Positions 1 through 8,206 of a stretch of 9,822 bases of DNA are shown piece after piece. This DNA comes from Amoebophrya sp. A120 (taxonomy: Eukaryota > Protista > Dinoflagellata). The stretch is from the NCBI GenBank assembly GCA_905178155.1, contig CAJINV010000003.1, forward strand, positions 2,757,022 through 2,766,843. Direction: 5' to 3'. Position numbers and translations under genes: made by a program. The notes beneath the pieces are model-generated. The model worked only from the letters and a program-made list of their open reading frames with translations, was not told the origin of the DNA and did no database searches. Each line of letters begins with the position of its first letter. Positions within the stretch are counted from its first letter, which is position 1.

Positions 1-252
1 CAATCCCCAAGATATTTTGCAATCCCCAAAATATTTTGCAATCCCCAAAATATTTTGCAATCCCCAAAATATTTTGCAATCCCCAAAATATTTTGCAAGC
101 CCCAAGATGTTTTGCAATCCCCAAAATATTTTGCAATCCCCAAAATATTTTGCAATTCCCGAAATATTTTGCAATCCCCAAAAGATTTTGCAATCCCCCA
201 AATGTTTCGCAATCCCCAAAACGTTGCGCAATCCCCAAAATATTTCGCAATC
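1..252. repeat. 19-bp tandem repeat, consensus CAATCCCCAAAATATTTTG; 13 full units plus CAATC, truncated by the window start
   Basis: Units start at 1, 20, 39 ... 229, 248 with an exact 19-bp period and no indels. Substitutions are most frequent in the units from 153 to 247. Confidence 0.97.
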
Positions 253-1520
253 GGGAAGCAGGGGAAAGGCGGGAGGCGCGGGGAAGGCGGGAAGCACGGG
301 GAAAGTAAGCGGGGAGCGCGGGGAAAGCGGGAAGCACGGAGAAGGCGGGAAGCACGGGGAGAGCGGGTGGGAAGCACGGGGAAGGCGGGAAGCACGGGGA
401 AAGCGGGAAGCACGGAGAAAGCGGGAAGCACGGGGAAAGCGGGCAGCACGGGGAAAGCGGGCAGCACGGGGAAAGCGGGAAGCAAGGGAAGAGCGGGAAG
501 CACGGGAAGAGCGGGAAGCACGGGGAAAGCGGGAAGCAAGGGAAGAGCGGGGAGCACGGGGAAAGCGGGAAGCACGGGGAAAGCGGGAAGCACGGGGAAA
601 GCGGGAAGCACGGGGAAAGTGGATCGGAAAGCATGGGGAAAGCGGGAAGCACGGGGAAAGCGGGAAGCACGGGGAAAGCGGGAAGCAATTACGGGGAAAG
701 TGGGAAACACTTACGGGGAAAGCGGGGAGCACGGGGAAAACGGGAAGCACGGGGAAAGCGGGGAACACAGGGAAAGCGAGAAGCACGGGAGAAGCGGGTG
801 GGGAACGCGGGGAAGTCGGGAAGCACGGGGAAAGCGGGAAACACGGGGAAGGCGGGAAGCACGGGGAAAGCGGGAAGCGCCGGGAAGGCGAGAAGCACGG
901 GGAAAACGGCAAGCACGGGGAAAGCGGGAAGCACGGCGGAAGCGGGAAGCACGGCGGAAGCGGAAAGCGCGGGGAAAGCGGGGGGCACGGGGGAAGCGGG
1001 AAGCACGGGGAAAACGGAAAGCGTAGAGAAAGCGGGAAGCACGGGGAAAGCGGGAAACACGAGAAAAACGGGAAGCATAGGGAAAGCGGGAAGCATAGGG
1101 AAAGCGGGGAGCATAGGGAAAGCGGGAAGCACGGGAACAACGGGAAGCACGAGAAAGGCGGGAGGCACGAGAAAGGCGGGAGGCACGGGGAAGGCGGAAA
1201 GAACGGGGAAAGCGGGGAGCATAGGGAAAGCGGGAAGCACGGGGGGGGCGGGAAACACGAGAAAGGCGGGGGGCAAGGGGAAGGCGGGAAGAACGGGGAA
1301 AGCGGGAGACACGGGGAAGGCGGGAAGCATAGGGAAACGAAAGCGGGAAGCACGGGGAAAACGGGAAGCACGGGGAAAACGGGAAGCATGGGAAAGGCGG
1401 GAGGCACGGGGAAGGCGGGAAGAACGGGGAAAACGGGAAACACGGGGAAAGCGGGAAGCACGGGGAACCGGGAAAAACGGGGAACCGGGGAAAACGGGGA
1501 TAACGGGATGGAAACACGGG
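253..1520. repeat. 18-bp purine/G-rich minisatellite, consensus GCGGGAAGCACGGGGAAA (two related 9-mers), roughly 70 degenerate copies
   Basis: The unit is read directly, with perfect runs at e.g. 565-618. The + strand is almost T-free. The right boundary fades out and is approximate. Confidence 0.95.
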
Positions 1521-1574
1521 CGGGGGGCGCAAAGAAGAAAGGGGGCACGGGTAACGCCGCCGGCGGCCAAGCCC

Positions 1575-1700
1575 CAGGCGAGCAGCTGCCCACCACCCTC
1601 CCCCGGCGCCCTCCCTCTGTTCGCGAAGGGAAGCCGCGCCCCGGCACCACGTCTGCAGGCGGGCAGCTGCCCACCACCCTCCCCCGGCGCCCTCCCTCTG
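1575..1700 (+). repeat. 45-bp direct repeat, two copies (1575-1619 and 1656-1700), one mismatch
   Basis: CAGGCG[A/G]GCAGCTGCCCACCACCCTCCCCCGGCGCCCTCCCTCTG occurs twice, 81 bp apart. Confidence 0.95.
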
Positions 1701-1832
1701 CTCACATCACGAGGAGACCGGCAGAGGGCGCCACCGTCCGCCACCTCTGTCTTGGGCGGTGCGCGCGAGGAAGGCAGGCGGGGGCGGAGCAGATTACTGC
1801 ATGCGAGTTAGCGCGGCGCCGCTGTTGTCCGG

Positions 1833-1856
1833 GGGTGCTGGGGGAGGGTGGTGGGC
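1833..1856 (-). repeat. Inverted partial third copy of the 45-bp repeat
   Basis: GGGGGAGGGTGGTGGGC (1840-1856) is the exact reverse complement of 1669-1685. The match extends to 24 bp with two transition mismatches. Confidence 0.85.
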
Positions 1857-2698
1857 CCCTGCGCCTGGGGGGCAATGAATGCCCCGCCCCGGCGCCCGTG
1901 CTGCCTCCATCCACGCGCGCGGCAGGGGCCCCCGCTCGGCAAGGCTCGTTGCGCGCGGGGCACCAAGGCGCGCAGGGGCAACCGGGGCACAAAGGCAGGC
2001 GGCACGAACGGGCCACGCCGCAAACGCGCGGGCATGGCGTCACACGCCAATGCCTCGCATGGCGCAGACTTTTCCCCTGCTTCCTTCCCCCGTCCACTGG
2101 CGCCCGCCCGCTGCCGCGCTTTGCGTTGTTGCTTGGGCCTAAGGCTTGCCGCCACGCAAATGCGCGCCCCATGCGGGTGGGGTCCTCACGCTCGCGCAGA
2201 GACTGGAACCACGGGCGCCATGGCGCTCCGCCTTCGTTCTGTCAGCAAGAAGCGGCGCAGATGCCTGGCCCCACCCTGCATCAAAAATTTTTTCCCTTGC
2301 CCACCCTCTGGCGTTTTTCTTTCCCCCCTGTCCACTCGTTCACCCTCCCACTACGCGACATAAGCTGCGGCCTTGTAAGTAGTCCAATCCGTATCCGCCA
2401 CCATGACGATAGTAAGTACACGGAGGAACGAACGACCCCCTCTGCGTCAAGGAAACAATGGGGATGATCATTCGACTTATGTGTTCTTTGCTGGGACTAC
2501 TACGTAGTTCTGATGCCGTTACAACGCCTTCTACTGTGTACAGTCATCATAAAAATATCAGGTGGTCGACCATGTTGCTATTGCAGCCATTTGTCTCGCT
2601 AATATTTTCTCGTTGGATAGCAGCAACGGAATTTCGATGTGAGTTCGCGGTGCCGGAGGAGGTGGAGCCGTCTGCGTTATAGAGAAAGTAATTGCATT

Positions 2699-2788
2699 TT
2701 GATTTTGTTAAAAATCAAGCGGAGTCCAAACGCATATTTTTGCAACTACTACCACATTAAAAATGTGGTAGAAAAATGATTTTTCTAC
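2699..2788. other. Cluster of three short perfect inverted repeats (hairpin or cruciform potential) in an AT-rich tract
   Basis: TTGATTTT-GTTA-AAAATCAA (2699-2718), CTACCACATT-AAA-AATGTGGTAG (2749-2771) and GTAGAAAAA-TGA-TTTTTCTAC (2768-2788). Confidence 0.8.
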
Positions 2789-2973
2789 TGAGATCCAAAA
2801 TGAATATCACTCCTACATCTCTAAATAAATACCGAAAACAAGAGACTACTGACGAAAACGGAGGACGACGACGAGATCTCATCTGCAGAGCATGACGAGC
2901 AAAGATAGAAGTGCTCGTCGTCGTCCACACAAAAAGGTAGAGAACTACATGGCAAACTTATTTTTCTGTATAC

Positions 2974-3510
2974 CGTAATGTTCACTTTAATGTGGGCAGA
3001 AGCCGTCTTGGGCGGCTCCGGGGTGGACATCGGCGCGGCCGTGGGCGGCTCCGGGGTGGCCGGCTCCGGGGTGGTCGGCTCCGGGGTGACATCGCTGGTG
3101 TTCCCCCCGGTGGTGTTCACGCCGGTGGTGTTCCCGGTGGTGATGTTACCCATCGTCGTGTTGTCCCCGTCGGTGGTGTTATCTCCCGTCGTCGTCTCGT
3201 TCTGCTCCGTATCATGGAGAAACATCCGTTTCTTGGAAGCGAGCACTTGCGCAAACGTCGACTGCTCTTCCGCGTCGACGTCGACCACCTCGGCGTCCGG
3301 GGCCGCCGAATCCGAGGAGGCGTCTTCATCTTCCGTGGTGCGCACCAGCGGTCCCTCCTGGTGCGGGACGTTCAGAGACAACTGGCCCGAGGTGGAGCCA
3401 GTGGCCCGCTTCATCTTCTTCAGCGCTGGGGTGGAGGATGCGGCGGTCTTCTTCTGGCGGTTCTGCACCAAAACCAGCACGGACACGGCGTTCGTGGAGC
3501 ACAGCGGCAT
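2974..3510 (-). CDS. Probable exon of a mucin-like Thr/Pro-rich glycoprotein (core of ORF 2821..3576)
   Basis: Third codon positions are strongly G/C-biased in this frame (ACC, GGC, GAC, CCG, GAG). There are seven clustered N-x-T/S sequons (NETTTGDNTTDGDNTTMGNITTGNTTGVNTTGGNTS) followed by four TPEP repeats. A candidate acceptor TGCAG| lies at 3463-3467 and a candidate donor |GTATAC at 2968-2973. Boundaries are uncertain. Confidence 0.6.
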
Positions 3511-3929
3511 ATCAAGTGCAAATATGTCTGGGTCCTCTTCAAGGTTACAACTTGTCATGCGAAGTCGCGACCACAAAAAGAAAAATATCTGTGCTGCGTG
3601 AACTACCCCAAAAGCTGCTAACTTCTACCTTAGTAGAAAAGTAGTAGTGACCATGCATTTGACGGATTTCTCATGCAGAATAGGCATTCGGAACGTTGCG
3701 CAAAACCTTTGATGCTTCTGTGTGCATTCCAGACCATGACCGTGTGGCGTGGGGCTGGGGGCTCCGCGAGATGCATGACAAATAACCTTGCCCTCTTCCA
3801 GACCCAGACATTTTTGCAATGCATACGGCAGCGCCAGTGCGGGCAGCAGCCGACGCCGCGCGGCGACCAGGCCAGATGGAGTTGTCATGGATCCCTTCGC
3901 CATTTTCCGATCTTCTCGATTGGTGGATG

Positions 3930-4157
3930 TTAAACCGTGGATGTACTTCTACTTGATGTGGGCAAGCAGTTGATCCTTCCAACGTTTACGCTGCTGCTGT
4001 AAATACACGGGCAAGTACTTCTCGTATTACTGTCTCCTCCTCGTGTTCCTCGTTTATAATTATTTCCGCGGTAGCGCACAACTTCGCCTGTTTTTATTGC
4101 TCTGAGTTTTTTGATATAGTTCTGGCGTCTTAATTGGGTTGCCTTTGTCTTCGACAA
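3930..4157 (-). CDS. Short basic (K/R-rich) ORF or exon fragment, hypothetical
   Basis: 75-codon open frame (SKTKATQLRRQNYIKKLRAIKTGEVVRYRGNNYKRG...). It has no ATG start and no recognisable domain. Confidence 0.2.
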   Translation of the reverse strand: MSKTKATQLRRQNYIKKLRAIKTGEVVRYRGNNYKRGTRGGDSNTRSTCPCIYSSSVNVGRINCLPTSSRSTSTV

Positions 4158-4403
4158 AACAAGTTTTTTTCTTTCTTGGTGGACTGCAAATGCAATGTTA
4201 AAGCACTCGTACTCGATTTACGTTTACTAGGTGATAAGTTGTGAGTTGTGGTAGTAGAAAATTGCGGGGTTCGCAAATTTCAAAACTGATTTTTTTGAGT
4301 TCACGAAAGCAGCGCGCATGAAGGTTTATGTCAAAAGTACGAAGAGTTGTTGAAAACAACACGTACAACTTCACTTTAACTTTTGAACGACGTTAAAGAC
4401 GCT

Positions 4404-4599
4404 CTAATACTCCGACTTGGACGCATAGTGGAGAGAGTTCGAACGACCACGAATACCGAAAGGAAATAACTCAGCTGCATATTGATAAAAACTGGAGTCT
4501 AGCTTTTGCGCCAGCGCCACATATGAACGATAGACATAGAATTGGCGAGGACGAAGCGACATGAATTTCATCATGTAGCGGGACCGATCACACACCTTC
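4404..4599 (-). CDS. Candidate terminal exon, hypothetical protein (KVCDRSRYMMKFMSLRPRQFYVY...SKSEY*)
   Basis: On the minus strand a pyrimidine tract and acceptor CTTCTTCTGTTCGTCAG| (AG at 4600-4601) precede an open frame ending at TAG 4404-4406. Confidence 0.35.
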
Positions 4600-4854
4600 C
4601 TGACGAACAGAAGAAGTGCGCACACTGTCACTGTTCAGACTGAGACTCACACAGACACAGGCTGAATTAATATTTTTATACGAACCACCGAAGAAAAAGA
4701 AATCAGATTGCAATCGCCGCTGGCATCGCAGCAAAGGCGACCGAAATGTTGGGAGGAGTTGAAGACGAGTCGTGCACTGAAAATTTCTGGACGACAGAGC
4801 TGCGGACGACAACTTTGTATACGAACTTCTAGCAACTTGTGAGTTTTTATGCGA

Positions 4855-4892
4855 CGAGAACATTGAACGAGGACGAGGTTAAAAATCTCCTC
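4855..4892 (+). repeat. Dispersed conserved motif, copy 1
   Basis: CGAG-AACATTGAACGAGGACGAGGTTAAAAATCTCCT-C; 33-nt core at 4859-4891. Confidence 0.97.
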
Positions 4893-5405
4893 TGCATCTG
4901 CTAAGCGGCAGTCATCATCAACATCATCATCATCATCAACCTCTTCATCTAGTGCGCAGCACTTTTCTTCCTCCATTTCTTCCTCCATCATCCCTTGCTT
5001 CCTCGAATCGGTAGCAAGTCCGTAATAGTGACTGCTCTGGACCGCGCTGATGATTCCCACCATTATCGCGAGTGCTGCCAGAAGAGCTTGAATCTCGATG
5101 GTGGGGTGGTCGGGACAGAATAATGCACACGCAGAAAGTAGAGCTGTTACAGGTAAAGCGCAGTGGCGAACAACTTGCGCTTGTTCGACGTAATTTCCAT
5201 TTTCAACAGCAGGACGTAGTTGGTAGTTCGGTTTTGCAGGTATAGACTTTTCGCCATCCGCCGCCGACACGCCATCACTTGCGCATCCGCTCCCCGCCCG
5301 CTTCTTCTTCCGTGTCGCTGCGGAACGTGCGAGCTTCAACATCGTGTTCTTGTACTTCTTCGATATCGTTTCTTGCTTTTCATAGCACCACCAGCAGCTA
5401 GCGTC
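4893..5405 (-). CDS. Candidate exon/ORF: basic N-terminal part, hydrophobic segment (ALLAALAIMVGIISAV) and acidic D/E tract running into motif copy 1
   Basis: This is part of ORF 4647..5342. The frame is open upstream to an acceptor-like TTTCGTAG| (TAG at 5406-5408). It formally continues through the motif to 4647, so the 3' limit is uncertain. Confidence 0.45.
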
Positions 5406-5724
5406 CTACGAAACTAAGCACCTGCAGCTTCGTGTTCCTCTGCAATACTTCTAAGGGCTACAGCCAGCGCAGGGCCCGCGGAGTTTTGCCCCTCTCAGTG
5501 CATACTTTGCTTCATGTTCCTAACCGTCAAAACAGAAATGCTCAGAATCTACGAGCTGCACTCTTGCTGCCAGACTCCAATATACCGAAACTGGCTCCAG
5601 ATACGGCTAGGAGCAACGCCGTCTATTTTCTACTAGCTTCCATCACTGTAGTCCCAAGTAGAGCGCCATTTATACTTGACGGCCACAGTCGTCGATCTCT
5701 GTGCGTTCTACTCACGGGCGTCAT

Positions 5725-5886
5725 TTATGCTTGAAATCCAAGCTGTTGGCTCTCCGAGCCTAACATTCCCGACCCCTGCTCGCCCGTGATCATGTCCAGG
5801 CGCGAGGAACCTGCCGGGCGCTGCACGTAATTAGACTCCTGCTGATAGTCCATGAGCCAGTTCTGCTTGCTGCCCGTCGCAAGTTT
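5725..5886 (-). CDS. Candidate terminal exon (KLATGSKQNWLMDYQQESNYVQRPAGSSRLDMITGEQGSGMLGSESQQLGFQA*)
   Basis: On the minus strand a long CT-rich tract ends ...CTCTCGCACATCCAG| (CAG at 5887-5889). The frame is open to TAA at 5725-5727. Confidence 0.45.
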   Translation of the reverse strand, partial: KLATGSKQNWLMDYQQESNYVQRPAGSSRLDMITGEQGSGMLGSESQQLGFQA

Positions 5887-5895
5887 CTGGATGTG

Positions 5896-6001
5896 CGAGA
5901 GGGTGAAAGAGAGGGTAGAGAGAGAAAGAGATGAGAGAGCCAGATAGAGACAACCAAGAGAGAGAGAGAAAAGACACAGCCAGATAGAGACAAGAAAGAG
6001 A
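5896..6001. repeat. (GA)n-rich low-complexity tract containing a 16-bp direct repeat AGCCAGATAGAGACAA (5938-5953 and 5978-5993)
   Basis: Read directly from the sequence; the two copies are 40 bp apart. Confidence 0.85.
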
Positions 6002-6036
6002 CGGCGCTGCCCTCTTTCCATCTTCTGCCTGCTGAG

Positions 6037-6073
6037 CGAGAACATTGAACGAGGACGAGCTTAAAAATCTCCT
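6037..6073 (+). repeat. Dispersed conserved motif, copy 2
   Basis: CGAG-AACATTGAACGAGGACGAGCTTAAAAATCTCCT; core at 6041-6073. Confidence 0.97.
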
Positions 6074-6135
6074 AGAAAGGCACTGTGCTGGCCAGCTTGT
6101 TCGCCAGATTTCGCATGGCCGCTTTGCTGTCCGGC

Positions 6136-6498
6136 TCAGCTCCGTGCTTTCCGCGGCCGGGCCGTCAGGGTGCACTGCGTTCCATCCTCGTGCTCTGCCA
6201 TCGGTGGCATCACGCCCGTGCACGAGAAGTTGCAGACTTTCGCCACGTCGTCGCTCGTTTTGCAATTCCGGCACTCCACCGCCACCTGCCGCGACTGTCT
6301 CACAGTAATCTTCCACTCCCCCGCAGGGCATTTCGTCTTGATTGACTCCTTGCAACGCTGTAGACCGATCTTCTTCCCAGTGTCTTCTTCGACCTCTCTC
6401 CAACTTTGCGGAACTTCAAAGGTCAGCGTGAGGACCTCCTCATCTTCGGAATCGGCTCGCGCTTCCTGGTCCTCCTCGCCCCGCGAATAGTCATCAAT
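6136..6498 (-). CDS. Candidate terminal exon missing from the ORF track: 120 aa, acidic then Cys-rich (IDDYSRGEEDQEARADSEDEEVLTLTFEVPQSWREVEEDTGKKIGLQRCKESIKTKCPAGEWKITVRQSRQVAVECRNCKTSDDVAKVCNFSCTGVMPPMAEHEDGTQCTLTARPRKARS*)
   Basis: Manual translation. The frame is open from acceptor CACATCACAG| (CAG at 6499-6501) to TGA at 6136-6138, with protein-like composition. A consensus donor CAG|GTAAGT lies upstream at 6731-6739. Confidence 0.5.
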   Translation of the reverse strand: MDDYSRGEEDQEARADSEDEEVLTLTFEVPQSWREVEEDTGKKIGLQRCKESIKTKCPAGEWKITVRQSRQVAVECRNCKTSDDVAKVCNFSCTGVMPPMAEHEDGTQCTLTARPRKARS

Positions 6499-6796
6499 CT
6501 GTGATGTGCTTTATTTGAAAATACCTGGCCGCTCCACCCGGTCCGCTCCACAGGTCATGTCCCGAAAACCGGCAACGCGGATGATGCCCATGCCTTTGGC
6601 CGAAGACGCAGGTCGAGAACGGGGAACAAGGCCCGGACTAATTTTCTTCTTTCGTTATCCTTACCTCCGAAATAAGGAGAAACGGAACCAACATCACAGG
6701 ACATGAGACCTACGGAGAATCAAAGGAAAGACTTACCTGACGGCGGCAGTCGGTGATGCTTCGACAGCACCTGGCTCCTTCCTTCTTCTTGATTGC

Positions 6797-6890
6797 ACTA
6801 ACTTGATTCTACTAACCTGATCCTATCACTAACCTGATCCTATCCTAAACCTGATTCCATAAACGTGATCCCAGGTTGATAACGTGAATC
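6797..6890. repeat. Degenerate 14-17-bp tandem repeat (ACTAACCTGATCCTATC, exact copies at 6811-6827 and 6828-6844)
   Basis: About six related units: ACTAACTTGATTCT, ACTAACCTGATCCTATC x2, CTAAACCTGATTCC, ATAAACGTGATCCC, ATAACGTGAATC. Confidence 0.85.
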
Positions 6891-6933
6891 CGCTTCCAAC
6901 CGTTTTCAATAGCACGAGCTTAATTGCAAGAGG

Positions 6934-6974
6934 ACGAGAACCTTGCACGAGGACGAGCTTAAAAATCTGCTCGC
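6934..6974 (+). repeat. Dispersed conserved motif, copy 3
   Basis: ACGAG-AACCTTGCACGAGGACGAGCTTAAAAATCTGCT-CGC; core at 6939-6971. Confidence 0.97.
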
Positions 6975-7571
6975 AATTACAATTGCAATATATTCACTTC
7001 GGCGGGTGGTGGTTGGCGGTGGCCTCTTCGCATGTGGCTCACTAGACCGGGGCAGGGAACGACGCAACGCTATGCACCACGGGCACGCGACTACCAAATG
7101 CCAGTGTGGACGCCAAACCGGGCAGGAGCGCATGCCCATTAAGCTACCTATTTGAATCAGTTTCTTACGACTAGTGGATCAAGCTAACCTTCACCTTAAC
7201 CCTCTGGGGCGATTATGTAACTCGGCGGGGCTGGGTGCAGCGCATACAAACTCCTGCTGCTTAAGCTACGTTTTTTTGCCCAAGTTCATAAGGAACTTTT
7301 TCCACAGCTTCTTTTCTTTAACTTTTCTGTTTTTCAGAACTGCGCGCTGTGAGGTTTCTTACAACTTAGCTTTTGGCGAAGAACAAAAACAGAGAGTCGA
7401 TAAATCATTGCACCTCTCACCCTACTAGTAAACTAACCAAACTACCTCCCCCGGTCGCGCTACGTGCCGAGCATCTCTACTGCACCTGATCCGCACAGGT
7501 GTCGCTACTTTCATACAAGACCTAAATTATGGGAGGGCGATACGCGGAATGCTAACTACACGAGCGGGCGC

Positions 7572-7579
7572 TATATAAG
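7572..7579 (+). promoter_or_regulatory. Possible TATA box (TATATAAG) with GC-rich flanks
   Basis: Matches TATAWAWR, but there is no convincing downstream gene and an 8-mer can occur by chance. Confidence 0.15.
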
Positions 7580-8108
7580 GAGGGCCACGGCACTACTATA
7601 CACACTTTTCTAGTGCACGACCGGCACACCCGCGAACCTCCGCCCGACGCCACGACCACCGGCACAACGGCAGCGTGAGGGATGGACTATTTTAAGCCGT
7701 TTTGGCATAGAGAAAAGCATCCCTTTTCCTTCTTCGCAGTGTATTAAGCTAACTACTCGCCCGACGCAACGGGTGGCGCTACAAAAATCTACTTGCTAAC
7801 ACTGCGAGCTTACGCCTGAGACTACTTTTGTTGTTTGCTTTTGGTGCTTTTGCTTCTACTTCTAACTACTAGCTTTGCGCGGTGCTCTTCCTGCAGCTAC
7901 AACAGCAGCTTCTGCAACTAAAACCGCGGCGACTACTGTCCAGCACCACGGCAACGCTCGGAGCTGAGCAGGTGGTCGTCGAGCCCGGCAGCACCCACGG
8001 CTGCCCATCCATCACCGGTCTACCGCTTGTCCCGTCCCTGCGCAGTCATGTAGTATACCTGCACACTCACGAGGGAAACTCGCGAGACTACAACCCTATT
8101 TGTTCAAC

Positions 8109-8168
8109 AGAGGAGTCGAAATGAGAGGAGACTCTTGCACGGGGGTCGAAATGAGAGGAGTCGAAACG
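8109..8168. repeat. Short tandem duplication of AGAGGAGTCGAAATG; GTCGAAATGAGAGGAG at 8115-8130 and 8145-8160
   Basis: Read directly from the sequence; it abuts motif copy 4. Confidence 0.9.
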
Positions 8169-8206
8169 AGAACATTGAACGAGGACGAGGTTAAAAATCT
8201 GCTCGC
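8166..8206 (+). repeat. Dispersed conserved motif, copy 4
   Basis: ACGAG-AACATTGAACGAGGACGAGGTTAAAAATCTGCT-CGC; core at 8171-8203. Confidence 0.97.

Noticed and set aside
17-2467. 816-aa ORF and the overlapping 273-392-aa ORFs on both strands
   Set aside because: Frames stay open because the satellites are nearly T-free on the + strand and the next region is very GC-rich. Several frames are open at once, the 19-bp unit is not a multiple of three, and indels swap the peptide repeats between frames.
2978-3621. Plus-strand ORFs of 207 and 209 aa
   Set aside because: These are antisense shadows of the GC3-rich minus-strand mucin-like frame.
4861-4867. CATTGAA, similar to the Euplotes chromosome-breakage core TTGAA
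   Set aside because: It is absent from copies 3 and 5 (CCTTGCA), and the base composition is far more GC-rich than expected for that lineage.
6499-6524. Tiny 26-nt GT-AG intron on the minus strand (and a 16-nt one at 5406-5421)
   Set aside because: The exon upstream of the 26-nt candidate has an in-frame TGA about ten codons away. Neither can be supported without transcripts.
6810-6816. TACTAAC branch-point consensus
   Set aside because: It is part of a tandem repeat and lies on the strand opposite to all the exon candidates.
7696-7707. AGCCGTTTTGGC, resembling part of the dinoflagellate spliced leader (AGCCATTTTGGC)
   Set aside because: Only 11 of 12 nt match, the flanks do not match, and it occurs once.
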